The translations under genes and the position numbers were made by a program. This document shows positions 13,745 to 62,891 of a stretch of DNA of 64,000 nt, piece after piece. The stretch spans positions 8,376,973 through 8,440,972 of the forward strand of contig OZ037770.1 of the NCBI GenBank assembly GCA_964035545.1, given 5' to 3'. A model generated the notes under the pieces. The model searched no databases and was not told the DNA's origin. It saw nothing but the letters and a program-made list of their open reading frames with translations. Origin of the DNA: Bugula neritina. Its lineage: Eukaryota; Animalia; Bryozoa. How positions within the stretch are numbered: position 1 is the stretch's first letter; every line of letters starts with the position of its first letter.

Positions 13745-15559
13745 TTATAAAACCTCATTTTCAAGACACATATCTACATTTTCATTATATCTACTTGCAG
13801 GTCGGTTCTAAGCGAATAATCGCTAGATGGAATAATTCATCCTAAGTTCTCATGCCAAGAGTAAAATATATCACCTATGAGTTATGAGTGCTTCACTGCG
13901 TAGTTCCTCCATATTTCCTTCCCTTAGAAGGTTGTTGGGTGCTTCACCTCCCCTTTGACTATGATTTTCCAAGTATTGGGAGGCTTCCCAGACTACTCCT
14001 GCTGCTTAAGGCTTAAATTCTCGCATATCTACTAATCGAGGGAAATTTTAAGGGGCTACGTAGATTACACACAATTCCCACTCAGTGAATCAGACTGTAC
14101 CTGCGGACTTATCAGTTCTTGCAAGGATACCTGTGAGATATCTACAGGTGAACCCAGCATAAAATCAGCAAGGGTCACTATCCGGTTAATAGTCTGCCAG
14201 GATACTCACAAGGGGGCTAGTGTTTAACCAACTGTTGTGCCTGGCGCAGATACTTCATTGCTTTCTCAACAAGGTTGGCTGCACGAAGCTCTTGGTTCAC
14301 ACCGGCGTCCTGTTTGCAAAGCTCTGCACATTTATCAGCAAATCCCTAGAATTTCAAGTCATGCAACTCTCGATCACAAGTTTTCAGTTTGCCACTTAAT
14401 CAGGAAGAAGGACATCGTGTTATTGAGATTCATCTCCAAAAATGGTGCATCTTCACCTAGCCTTGGCCTTTTTGCTACTGTCAACAAGTACAAAACGGAG
14501 TTACTACGGCCAGTGCCTCTATCTGCTCCCACAGCATCTGGCAGTCTTTGCTTGGCTGCAGAGAGAGAACTGTTTTGAGTGCATGTCTTCAAGGGTCTAC
14601 TGTTGTTTTGCACACCAGTCATTTCATATACAAAATGGTCATTTTGTACACAAACTGCTATCCATTTCTTACACAAACTGAAGAATTAATTCACTGGATA
14701 ACCATTTGAAGGATACTAGTTCACTTGTTTATAGCACTCTAGCTCTCTCTTTCCCAGCATGTTTTTTGAAAAAAAAATCATTGACCATCACTATGTGCTA
14801 CCATCTACTGATAATGTCTAAACCAAACGAGCAGTCCTTCCCCTAACATCCACAATAAAAAATACCTACCTATGCGGCAAAATAAAATGTACAAATTACT
14901 ATTACTTGTGAGCAGCATTGTGTGACTTATACAATGAGAATGTACATAGAATAATAAATAAATATAAAAATACATATTTTAGGTAGTTTATATTGATGCG
15001 TAGGAAACAACCGATCAGATATATACGAAAAGACCTAAAAAGTGGGTACGAAACAATTTGCGTGCGAATTGGCTTGCGCCCGTCTCCAAGGTGGGACCCT
15101 ATTTAGCACAGGAGCGACAGAAATTAGTGGAACAACTTTCAACAATATAAATAGTGTTAACTTTCATTCGTCTTCTGCATGTCAGTAGTATCACGTGATA
15201 GATAGTGTTGGGTGGCTTTAGCACAACTATAAACATAATTAGTAGGCTAATTTTCCTAGCTAATAATACTAATACTCATACTTTACTAATTAGAAATTTA
15301 ATTATTTAGTAACTTTCTAGTTCTACTACTAAAAGTAAGACTTAGAGTAAAAGAAACAGTAAGTATAATAGCTATAGTAATATTTATACTTATAGTAAGT
15401 AAATACTAATAGTAATACAGCAACACTAATTAGTAACTGGTAAGTCAAAGTGACTATGAGTAATACTAATAGTAATAGTAATAATAATACTAATAGTAAT
15501 AGTCATAGTGATTTAATCACATGATTCATTTTTATTAAATTTATTTATTATATTTTCAT

Positions 15560-17840
15560 TACAAATCATAGCAACAACAATTTATCAACATACTCTATGA
15601 AAACCATCTGACCCAGGTTATTGAAGAGCAAACACACACATTCGGTAACACCCTAGACATTATCTGTACCAGTGACACCTCCATGATAGATTCTATAAAT
15701 GTAATTAGGCCGGGGCTCAGTGATCATTACATCATTATAGTTAAACTGCTAATTGAAAACCCACCTTCCCAAGACGTTATCCACATAAATCATAAAGACA
15801 TTCTCATCTGATGTCATTAAATTTAGAAACTATATGAGCTATGCATGTGAAAAGTTTTCACAGATGGATAATGTCCAGCAGATGTGGGATACTTTCTCTG
15901 TCGCCTTCAAAAAAGCTATTGAAATATCTGTACCAAAAAAGACCATAAAAATAAAAAACAGTGGCCAACCACCTTGGTTTTCTAAAGAGGCTAAGAAACT
16001 TCATGACATGCAGATGTCATTATATAGAAAATTCAAGAGAACAAATAACCCATACTTTTTGCAGAGGTACCAACAGCAAAGGAGAAACAATAAAAAAGCC
16101 TTCAAGGTAATCAAGAAGGAATACATAGTGAACAAAGTCTGTAAGCCTCTGCTAAAAGGAAAAGCAAACCCTTTTACAAGCATCTGCGACACAAACGGAA
16201 GTGCTAACATCCGCTTACAAGTATTAAAATCAAAAACGGTAATATAACTACAGACAGTCTGGAATGTGCAGAAACTCTAAATAGCTATTTTCATAGCCTG
16301 TTCTGCGTTGATGAAGCCATTACTGATCTGCCCCTTCTCTCTACTAATAGCAGGACTCTTGAGATCAACCCTGAAGGAGTCAAGCAATTAATTTATGATC
16401 TGAAGAACAATAAATCTCCAGGACCTGACCAGATACGAAGGTGTGAGCTTTTAATAGACTCTGGTAGCCCAGTATCTTACATATGTCTTTCAGGCCTCAA
16501 TAAACTCCGGAGTGCTTCCAGCACAATGGAGAACTGCTAATGTGACACCAGTCCACAAAAAAGGTGCCAAAGACGAGCCATCAAACTATCGCCCATTCTC
16601 TCTCACCAGCATCCTCTGTAAAATGTTAGAACACATTGTCCTACATTATCTAAACAAATTACTTGACAGCATGCTCTACAACAGACAGCATGGTTTCAGG
16701 AAAGGCTTAGGCTGTGAAACTCAGCTTTGCGCTACCTACCACGACATAGAAAAATCTGTGGAGCATGGTCATGTTATTCATGGCATAGTCCTTGATTTCC
16801 GTAAGGCACTTGATAAGGGCCCCCACACTCTACTCATGCAAAAAGTTCGTTGTATTGATGGCATTAACCCAAGCATAGCAAATTGGGTCCAAGGGTTCCT
16901 AACAAAAAGAAGTCAGAGAACTGCCATACGCGGTGTGTTATCATCAGATCTCCCTGTCTCCTCGGGGGTGCCACAGGGTTCAGTACTAGGGCCAACCTTG
17001 TTTCTTGTATACATAAATGACCTACCACAAGTGATAACATACAAAGTGAGTCTCTATGCCAATGACACCCTGATTTATGCTGCTGTGAATAGCAATGAGG
17101 ACAAGCAGCTTTTTCAGACAAATATAGATGCTTTACATAAGTGGTCCATGAAATGGAAAATGCCTTTCAACACGGAAAAGTGTGAGGTAATCATCTTTAG
17201 CAAAGCCCTAAAGGCATATCCAGTGTTCAACCCCAGCTATGCACTTGGAACTCCGCTCAAATGCAGACAGGAGATCAAATATCTTGGCATAATTCTGCAG
17301 TCCAACTTAAAATTTGAGCAACATATTACATCTAAGATAAAAAGTGCCTCCAAGGTCCTAGGTTGCATAAAATACTAGCTTTATGAAGCCCCTTCCAATA
17401 GCAAACTACTCGCATAAACCAGTTTCTGCCGGCCAATTCTAGAATACGGCGATACTCTTTGGGACCCAGTGGATTCAGCTAATATTGATGCCTTAGAGCG
17501 TGTACAGTCCCAAGCAATCAGGTTCATTAACAATATCAAAGGAAGACAAGGCATCTCAGAAGCTTGAAATAAACTTGAACTACAACTTCTCAAAGACCGA
17601 AGAAAAACACATAGGTTGTCACTGTTAATGAGAATGCTCTCAGATGAATCTAAACACCGAACCTTAGCCTCAGCTTATGATGAACTGACTGAAAATAAAA
17701 ACAAGTACACTACGTATACGCGAGCTGCACAGAGAGGTGAGCCAACATCTATCTATGCTGCAAGCAAGGTCTATTTTAACAGTTTTCTCCCACTCAGTGT
17801 GAGAGATCTGAAGCTAAGGTCAACTAACCCACAACAATAA
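15560..17840 (+). mobile_element. 5'-truncated, decayed non-LTR retrotransposon (LINE, CR1/L2-like ORF2: APE endonuclease end plus RT)
   Basis: HLTQVIEEQTHTFGNTLDII...GLSDHYII (endonuclease C-terminus), PPWF, KSPGPD, WRTANVTPVHKKG...NYRPFSLTS, QHGFRKG, SGVPQGSVLGPTLFLVYINDLP, YANDT (YADD mutated), KYLG, RPILEYG. Frameshifts and in-frame stops, e.g. TAG 17376-17378. Confidence 0.92.
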
Positions 17841-18739
17841 ACAGCTATACGCTGCTATACTAACTCATACTGACACTTATCACTAACCAAAGAGGCGCTC
17901 CACGTTTGCACCATAACGGTGACATTGAGTGTTCTATCGTCTACGAGGTGAGTTACGAGGTGAGTTAGGACTCTTACTCAGAGTCACCTCTCACTGTCAA
18001 TGTCCTCTCTCACTCAGAGTCAATGAGTGGGGCTGTGAGTCAGGCACTGCTACATGTAGAGTCACTAAGACGGAGTCAGAGTGACAATGACTGTGAGTTA
18101 GTATAGCTTATTAACTTCAAGTATAACTATAACACCAACTGGCAACTGGAGAAAAAAATTATAATATTAATAATAATTATAATAATTTAATTTAAAACAG
18201 TTCTAATTTTTGCAACAAAAAATTGAATCGTCTTGTCATGGTTGAAACTTTTTTTAAATTTAGTAGTAATTAATAAACTAAAACTAGTATGAGTAAATCA
18301 CTAGCACTACATGTATTAGTATCACTATCACTATACTCGTACTGCCTAAAGTAAAAGACCAAAGAGTTCGTAAGAGATCAACACTGTAACCACGGCTTGT
18401 GAAGTGCTTATACTTATAGCATAGGCGACTTGCGTACGCTCCGTAAGGGTGGGCGTATTTGATCACATTAAAAAAATAGGCATTTTAGCATTGAACTAGA
18501 ACTATTTTTCAGTTCATGGCAATGTAGGAAGCGATTGAACCTCAATAACCTTGGCATTTACATCAATCATACCGATTTCTGATTTGACGGACGTATTTGA
18601 GAGAATCAAATGATTATAACTATAAGACATAATTGACGAGGACAGTCGCTTATTCTTCTAGGGAGTGGTTGATGTACTTTGAGTTTGTAGAGAGGCGTTT
18701 CTTTTTTCAAAGTTTGATATTGGCTCCATAGTTATATAG

Positions 18740-20900
18740 TTTAATATTACTATAAAGTTAAAATATTAGTATGTAATATAGCAGTTCCTACCACTATCAG
18801 TATCAGTGTTAGTGTATTACTCTATTACTATTTGAGTATTACTAATTTTACTTATAGTTATTACTATTAGTTATTAGTATAAGTATTACTATTAGACTTA
18901 GTATTACTCAGTATTAGTATTACTGTTAATACTATCATTATGATTACACTCATTATCATTATGGTTACCGTTATGGTGATCAAATGCTTTAAGTTTAAGT
19001 TTATAAAATTAAATTATAATAATAATTACATCAATGTGAATATAAATATCACTGACTGATTGACATTATTATTATCAAATAATATTATCCAATTCAATAT
19101 GAATAAGTATTAGTATAACTTTATATCAATATAAATATGAATGTGATGATATTCATATTGATATTGAATTTGATATTAATATGATTATTAAATACTAATA
19201 CTGAATAGTTACTGTTAGTGTTGCGACTAAAAGTAAAACTAGAAGTAGATATTGAATTTTAAATTTGAATATCTACTTCTAGTTCTATTCGCAACAGTAC
19301 GGTAAACTCTAAGTATAAGTATCAGTATGGCAGTATAGTAATACACCATATCAATATGACATATACAGTATACTGTATAGTATATGATATACTATATCAG
19401 TATATGTCATATGGTGTATTACTATTAATAATAATATTATAATAAATATTGAAAAATAATAATAATATAACTTTTTTTAATTGTTATATTAAATTTCATT
19501 TTTAGATTAAATACAGTTTCAATTTGAAAAGTTAATGTTATGATACTGATAGCCAAAGTGAATTATAATTACAACGATGATCACCATAATTATAATTGAT
19601 CTTAATCATAATTATAATCAATATGAGTATTAATATTACAATTATTGTTATAGTTTAATAACCTACAATAAAATTAAGTGAAACACAATAACTGAATAAG
19701 TATGATATTTATTAACATCATCATTTATCCATCACCATTGTGATTGCCTTTAACTTTAAGATCTAACAATGGCTCTGGAGCCACTTGGTATATTCCAACT
19801 TTAACTCAATAAAAATATCAACTTATAATTGTAAAATGTAAGGTCTTAATTTTAGTAAACTATAAGTATGACCATAAGTCTAACCAAAAACAAATTACAA
19901 GCACTAGCAAAGTAGTAAAATTACTACTACTAGTACTGTTACTAGTGTTAATAGTAGGCATAGTACTAGTAATAGTACAGATACTGGTTGTGGTACCTAC
20001 TAGTACGTCTAGTGATAATGAAAGGTAATACCAATACTAATAGTAATACTATTAGTGTTACTACTATTACTATCGCTACTAGTAGTATAAGCGCTACTAT
20101 TACTAATATAGTTGTAGTAGCGCCACTACTACTACTACTACTACTACTATAGTTGAAATAACAATACTACTACTAGTACCATTAGCCTTACTAGTATTGA
20201 TAATAAAAGTAGTAACACTGATAGTATTACTATTAGTATTGGTAATACAGTATTACCTATCATTATCACTATGAGTATGAGTAGGTACTGCTACTACTTT
20301 GGTACTACTATAGTACTAGGACCACTACAGCTACTGCTGATAGTGCACACTAGTCTAGATTGAGTTTGCCTAGTACTAATAAAAAGTTAGAATAAAGCTT
20401 GTACTAATATTACTATCAGTAGTACATGATCACAGAAAAATTGACCGTGAAATAGGTATCGCTATCAGTGTTAGTACTAAATTTACTGTTTTTTTAGACT
20501 TGTTTCTTACTTTTTTTAACTAAGACTAAGAATGATTATTATAATTACTAATTTAGTGTTTTTGCTAATTTGTGAAGACTAATTCTGAGTAAACCTAATA
20601 TAAGCATTACTCATTTTACTGTTACCATAAGAAATAAGTGAAGTTTTATCAATAGTATTTACCAATATAAATATGTGATAGGTCTTGAATCACAGTAGCT
20701 ATGGGTAAATCATATTAAATTTGGTTATTACTTTTACTATTGTTGTCCAATACTAATAGTAATACCAATAGCCATAGAAATATCAGTTTATCACTATGTG
20801 AGTTAATATTACTATTTCTATAAGTATAACTAGTAATCTTTTCAAAAGATAGCTATCACTATGGGTACCAGTACAGGTATGACTATAACTATTACTATCA
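18740..20900. repeat. AT-rich ACT/AGT low-complexity region with multiple fold-back palindromes
   Basis: Perfect inverted arms 19237-19253/19268-19284, 19335-19351/19409-19425 and 20029-20052/20221-20244. Confidence 0.75.
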
Positions 20901-23900
20901 TTGATATCAATGAATATAGTTATGGTGGGGGTATAAGTAATATATACTTATGCTCATGAGTGCCAATACTTGGGTCAGAGTGATTATAACAATGACACCT
21001 ACTTTATGAAAATAAGTTTAGCTGTTTTTTGTCGATAATATTTATTTAGCTCCAGCTTTTATTGCAACAAAATCATGCATCAATCTCAGAGAACTATAAG
21101 AAAAATTTAAATCTCTCTGCTAGTATAGATTTGCAAGTAGCAACCAAAATCTTTCAAAACTTGACTGCTGAGTGCCAATTTGTAAATAAGATTTTTTGCT
21201 TTTCAAAAAGTTCTACTGTAGCTTTACATGTAACTGTTATGTAAATGTGAGTTTACATATGTTGACAAAACTCATTTGCTAATTTCAACTGCAATAAGAC
21301 TCATCATTTAAATTAGCTTCTTTCAGATGTATTTTGTACAACTGTCAAGATTTATGTTGGTTTTTATAATGAAAATTTATTCATTGTTTTAACTGATATT
21401 AACATTTAAGATATATTTATACTGATTAGGATTTTGAAGTTTTGATATGTGCCTTGAAACGTTTATTTGAATTTAATATGATTCTTACGTGCAACTAATT
21501 AATTAAGTGCAGTTTATGCTGTTAAGAAAGAATAATTTTAAAGTGAAGATTTATAATTCCATGATTTGACATACTCAAGGAATATTATTTTTATAATATT
21601 AAATATCTCTTTAGCACTTGTCTGCACAGTCATACATCATTTTCTACTAGCTGTGAGCTACAAACCAGATACACAAGTCTTTAGAGCAAAAGCACTCATT
21701 GTTTAAGATTAAACTGAAATTATCACTCAAAAAGTTGTGGGGTCAATATTACATTATATTTCAAAATAATTGAATTTATAAAGTAAGTTAAAATTATTTT
21801 TAAACTTCGGTCAAAAAATATTTAATAAGCACTACTAATAGGAGTATAGCTTGTCTTGTAGGCTGATTACAAAGTTAGTAGTAACTAGTAATGGTAAATG
21901 ATAAACAAGTTCTGTGGCTGATTAGTTTGTTCTGATTGCGTCAAATCATTATCAGAGTGCTTACAGGGAACCTGGAAAGCCTAAAACTTCCTCCTTTTAT
22001 ACGTATCCCTGGCTTTATTACAAACACTGGCCATTGTATAAAGTTATACCCTTATCTTGTAGGCTGTATGACTGCAGTAGTAATGTTAAGCATATTGCTT
22101 GAAGAATTTTAATAATTTCTAGTGAAACTTTTATTTTAATGTGCCACAAAGCATTGATTCCAACAAGTACTGCCTGTTAGGGCTGCTACTTAAATTATTC
22201 TATGAAACATGTTGAACCATATGAAACTTGGTTTGTAAATCATTGCTTTCACAGTGAATAGCTCTTCAAATCACATTTCATATTTAGGTAGAATTTTTAG
22301 TCTCTTATCTCTGCTCTGTCCTGTTTGGTATAGCAGGCATTTTTAGTCTCTTATATATAGCTAATATATAGATTAATTGTTTAGAATACACTTTAGGGAA
22401 TAATATAGAGCTACCCTTTCGCCATAAAATGGTGAAAATGTGAAGTTATGCCAATACTGTAATCACTAATATTATGTTTATTTAAAATGAACAGCACAGC
22501 TACGCTGGACTTCTATTTATACTATCAGTTTGAGATTTCTTCTTATAGCAGCTTACCATTTGTATATTTTCTTTAGCGGTTATTTAGAAAATTTATAATA
22601 AGAATTGGATTCCAAAAATATTTAAACAATCGATAGCATTAACTAATTTTTAGCTATTTACATAGAGTAGACCTCTGTTTTTTAAATGTGTTTGAGATAT
22701 GCTCAGGTAGTAACCAGGGAAACACCTAAATTATAGCAGTTACAATACTGCACTCTGTGATTATAGATCTTGTAGTAAACAATTAGTCATGAAATCATTA
22801 TCTCTGGCATCTCATCAAATCTTGGGCATGTTTATTTGGCATGTTCTTCATATTCTCCACACAAATAGCATTTATTATATCATAATATCAACAGTTTCTA
22901 TAACCATATTAAATTGAAGACTATCTTCAAGTATTCCAGAGTTCACATTCAATCAATCATGATGGAGGTCTCTACAAACATGTACATGCATAGTTGTTGC
23001 TGAAGTATGTGTTGCTCAAATTAGATAATATTGAATACTAACTTAAGTATTTAGGTGATTAATAGACAAAGTAACATTTAACCAATCATAGTTGAGGTCT
23101 TTGATAGTCTGTTCTGCCCAGCTATTTGTAGTTTATTTGTTGACCTAACTTGTCTGCCCAAAATATGAAACACAGTTTTGTCAAACCAGTCAATTGTTCT
23201 AACATTATTTGGGGGGTTAAGTTTGGAATAACATAAGCACAGTATGTCATAGGTACTCCTAAAAATCTGCAGAGAAATAATCTTGTGTGACTTTAAAGAG
23301 AATTTATACTCCTCTTTACCTGTAAACTACTAGGATGATTCTAATGGGGCTTTTCTTACATTTGAGACATGGTAGTCGTATTATCTTTTACCTACAATTC
23401 AAGCTTTTTTTAGTTAAACCAACTTATGATTCAGCATAGAAGGCAAATGTGACAAGTTTTTTAACAGTTAGAATTGTGACACTGGTTTTTTTGAAAAATG
23501 CAATACCCAGGTCTGTGTACCACAGGGAAGCAGCATTCGGGGAACAGTTTTGTGCTAATATTATGGTTTTGGCACCTGCATACACGTTTAACCTTATGAC
23601 ATTTCACCTTGGTTTTAGTTATGTTTTTTTCTAGTTCAGGCATATCATCATTGTATATCATTAAACTGACTTTGTTCTATAAATACCAGGCAGCAGTGTC
23701 TAAGTTTAGTCACACAGAATCCAGCTAGTGTACATCATAACAGAGATGGATGGCGCATTGAAACTCTTTAATACTCACAACACTGCCAAACTTTCTCTTG
23801 GCTATTCATTATTTTATAAACTTGTAAGAACTTGTCACAAGATTGCTTGTAGCAGATATATGTTCACCAGATGTTATATTGTATACACTAGCATTCTCAC

Positions 23901-23975
23901 CTCCAGTGAAAATCATTTATATGTCCAACAGTTGTATGTTATGATTTATCATGTTTCTTCTAAGTAGAGCTCTAT

Positions 23976-24221
23976 CCCCTCATTCACACTTTGCTGTATC
24001 ATAGGCGATAACATAAAATATCAGCCATTTTTACAAATGTCTGAGCTTCTTGTGCAGGTTGCGATCAAGCTCCCATTGGACAAGAACACATTCACGTCAA
24101 TTCATTGGATATAAATTTCCAATGAGGTGCCATAGCTTGACCCAATAGCACACTTTGAGAATTTCACATTAAAAATGGCTGACATTTTACATTGCGCCTA
24201 CGGCAAAGTGTGAATGGGGGG
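23976..24221. mobile_element. Palindromic MITE (about 245 bp)
   Basis: Left arm cccctcattcacactttgctgta...aaaatatcagccattttta pairs with right arm taaaaatggctgacatttt...tacggcaaagtgtgaatggggg. Confidence 0.75.
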
Positions 24222-25233
24222 TTCCAGTTAACTGGTTGACTTTAATTTTAATTGGCTAGGAATCATTGTATTATAATTTAAACAGTTCTTCCAACTTGAC
24301 AAATCTAATGATGTTAGAAATATGTGCAAGCTAAGTGCATGTAGAAGGTAACTGATATCTGAGCCTATCTGACCTAGCATCTTCAATCTGAAAGACAATT
24401 GACTAACTTGCAATATAAGAAATAAACTAATGTCATAAGTGTACATAATAATATGTTGTATAGGAGACTTGCTCTTAACATTAATAGTAATTTAATACTT
24501 GAACTGGTAGCTGAACTTCCTTGTAGCTATGGTGTTGATTTGATTAACCTTTATATTGCCTTATTTCCAAGATAAACAAGATAAAAAATGGCTCTCAAGT
24601 TTGCCTTAGCTTGTATAAATATCACAATAACGTAGAGCCATCATGTTTCCTGTACACTGTTTTCTTTGCAGTAAGGTTTACAGCTATTGCTTTTATTGGC
24701 ATATGGCTGTCACTTGATTGGTTTTTTACCTACATATAAACTGGTTTAGTAAGCTATTTCTTGGACTACAAGACCTATAAGTGTAATTGCAGTGCCTAGT
24801 ACAAACTAAAATAATAAAAATGAAACTAAACTAGTGTTTTACCATCCTGTGCACCCAGACACTTTGCTGTTAAGCATTGGTAAACAACTAACCTTGGACA
24901 TCCCTATATATTTTATTCTAAAACTTTATTTTCTGATCATAACTTAACCCTTGTTTCCAGTTGCTGCGAGCTGTTTGTATGTAGCCACTAGGGGGCAGGA
25001 GCTGATTTAGAGGGTGTTGTATTTGAACTGTTTATCTTATCTACACTTTATCCTATTACCTCAACTTTACTGCTGATAGTCAGCAATTATCTGCCTAATT
25101 TGTGAACACTGTTATCCCCCTTTTAGCTTCTGACTTGTTGAAAGGTCCATATTTTGCCTAATCATATTTAGCATATAATTTTACTTGATCATCTGTACAA
25201 CACTATCTTCTAATCTCAAAGATGACTTCGTTT

Positions 25234-25351
25234 GATTGGCTGATATTTAGCGAGTGGCTTAGCTACTAAATGCATACTTCCTTCTTGTCAGGAGAGTGAG
25301 TAAATGTTGAGAATAAAGATAACATCGAGTGTTGACATTTCTATTCTTTAG
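25234..25351 (+). promoter_or_regulatory. Putative core promoter, short 5'UTR exon and 56-nt intron of the + strand RPTP
   Basis: Inverted CCAAT (gattgg 25234-25239), acttcc 25276-25281, donor gtgagt 25296, acceptor ttctttag ending 25351. Paralog homology begins exactly at the CCAAT box. Confidence 0.55.
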
Positions 25352-25378
25352 AGTGACTGACTATGGTGAAGTACTAGT

Positions 25379-53398
<28,020 letters not shown>

Positions 53399-54089
53399 AG
53401 ATGCAAGTTTCTACTTCTTATTCCAAACATTTCCATTATATAAATTGTATCTTATATACCTTATATAACATATAGTTTAGTCTAATTCAGGATATTTGTG
53501 TTTGATTCTTTGCTCTTCCATTTCATACATCCTGTGTGTATACATGTATTCACCTGATACAACGACACTCTTTTATAGCACTTCATTTCACTTGCATGCT
53601 GTGTTTGTTAACATTTATAAAGATTATTCTGGAAATCAAGAGATTTTACATTTTTATAATCATTTTATCTTCTAATTTTTTAGTAAAAATTATGTATTTT
53701 AATAAGTTTGGAGTGTTTTTGTTACTTTAATGATTGCTGTGTAAGTCCTAAGCTCCATAATTTTCATTGTTTGGTGTGACCGTTTGAATACCCTGGAATA
53801 TTCTACAAGCATGTTTTGATATTGCGTAAATATATATGGGAGTTATGCCCCCTCCTCTAGAGAAAATCATTGGTAAATGTTGATTTCAGTGAATGTTGCT
53901 TATGGATTTTTACAGTAGTTGTCTACTCCGTTTCATTTATATAGTAGAGCATATTTTTAACTTCTCCATATGCAAAGTTTGTGCCCACAGCTTTTATACA
54001 CAGCACAACGACTTATTGTTATATACAATATAAGGTTGCACTGTCTGTCCACTCTATCTATACAATATGCTGCTCATATTTATATAACC

Positions 54090-54103
54090 AATAAAATTTT
54101 ATT
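54090..54103. terminator. Candidate polyadenylation signal (AATAAA on +, overlapping palindrome gives AATAAA on -)
   Basis: aataaaattttatt; the first AATAAA I can find downstream of the RPTP stop codon. Confidence 0.5.
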
Positions 54104-54861
54104 ATAAAAATTGTTATTATTTCTATCAATGGCAGTTTTTACTTCTCCAAAGATGGTATCAGTGAAACGCATTTAGCATTATTTTATTAGTCTATTGCGG
54201 CTATTGCATTTAGATTAATAACACAGTTGCAAGTGTTTCACTAAACTGTCTCTGTTTGTGGCGTCTTTTCTTCAAGCAATAGGAAGGTATTATTTAACTT
54301 ACATTTGTATATATAAATATTTGATTTAACTTACAGTTGGATTGCAAACCATCTCCTGGCAACCAACAAGATCTTATGTGGCATGACGTCAGTAATATGT
54401 TTGCTATTTGTACTAGAGTCTAGAGCACTAAACAGACACTGACTGGAAGCAGTGCTAGCTAACAGTTTTTCATGATGTATGATAATTCCATTGCACTTAT
54501 TTGCATCGAATGTATTTTTGATTTTGAGAGGTCTTTGTCTATGAAAATAAGTAATTGTATTGATATATGATTTTAAATAGCTATAAATAGATATAGGCAA
54601 TATTCTAATTATAAATTGCATGGGTTGTGTAAGAAATAACTCTTCTATAGGTTAGATTAATAGTAGAACATACTGCAGGGAGCAATGATAATGCAAGTGA
54701 AACATGAGCAGTTTTATATACAAATGCAGGTATGCACTTTGCATAAAGTTAATAAACTTGAGCAGTGGGCTATCAACGTTGAATTAAGAGTGAATCATGA
54801 CTGAAATGTATAAGTTATATCTTAAATTCCGTGCACTCATTCGATTGGCTGATTGCACACA

Positions 54862-62891
<8,030 letters not shown>

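Noticed and set aside
16512-17378. Active reverse transcriptase gene
   Set aside because: YADD mutated to YAND, with frameshifts, stops and 5' truncation; a dead LINE
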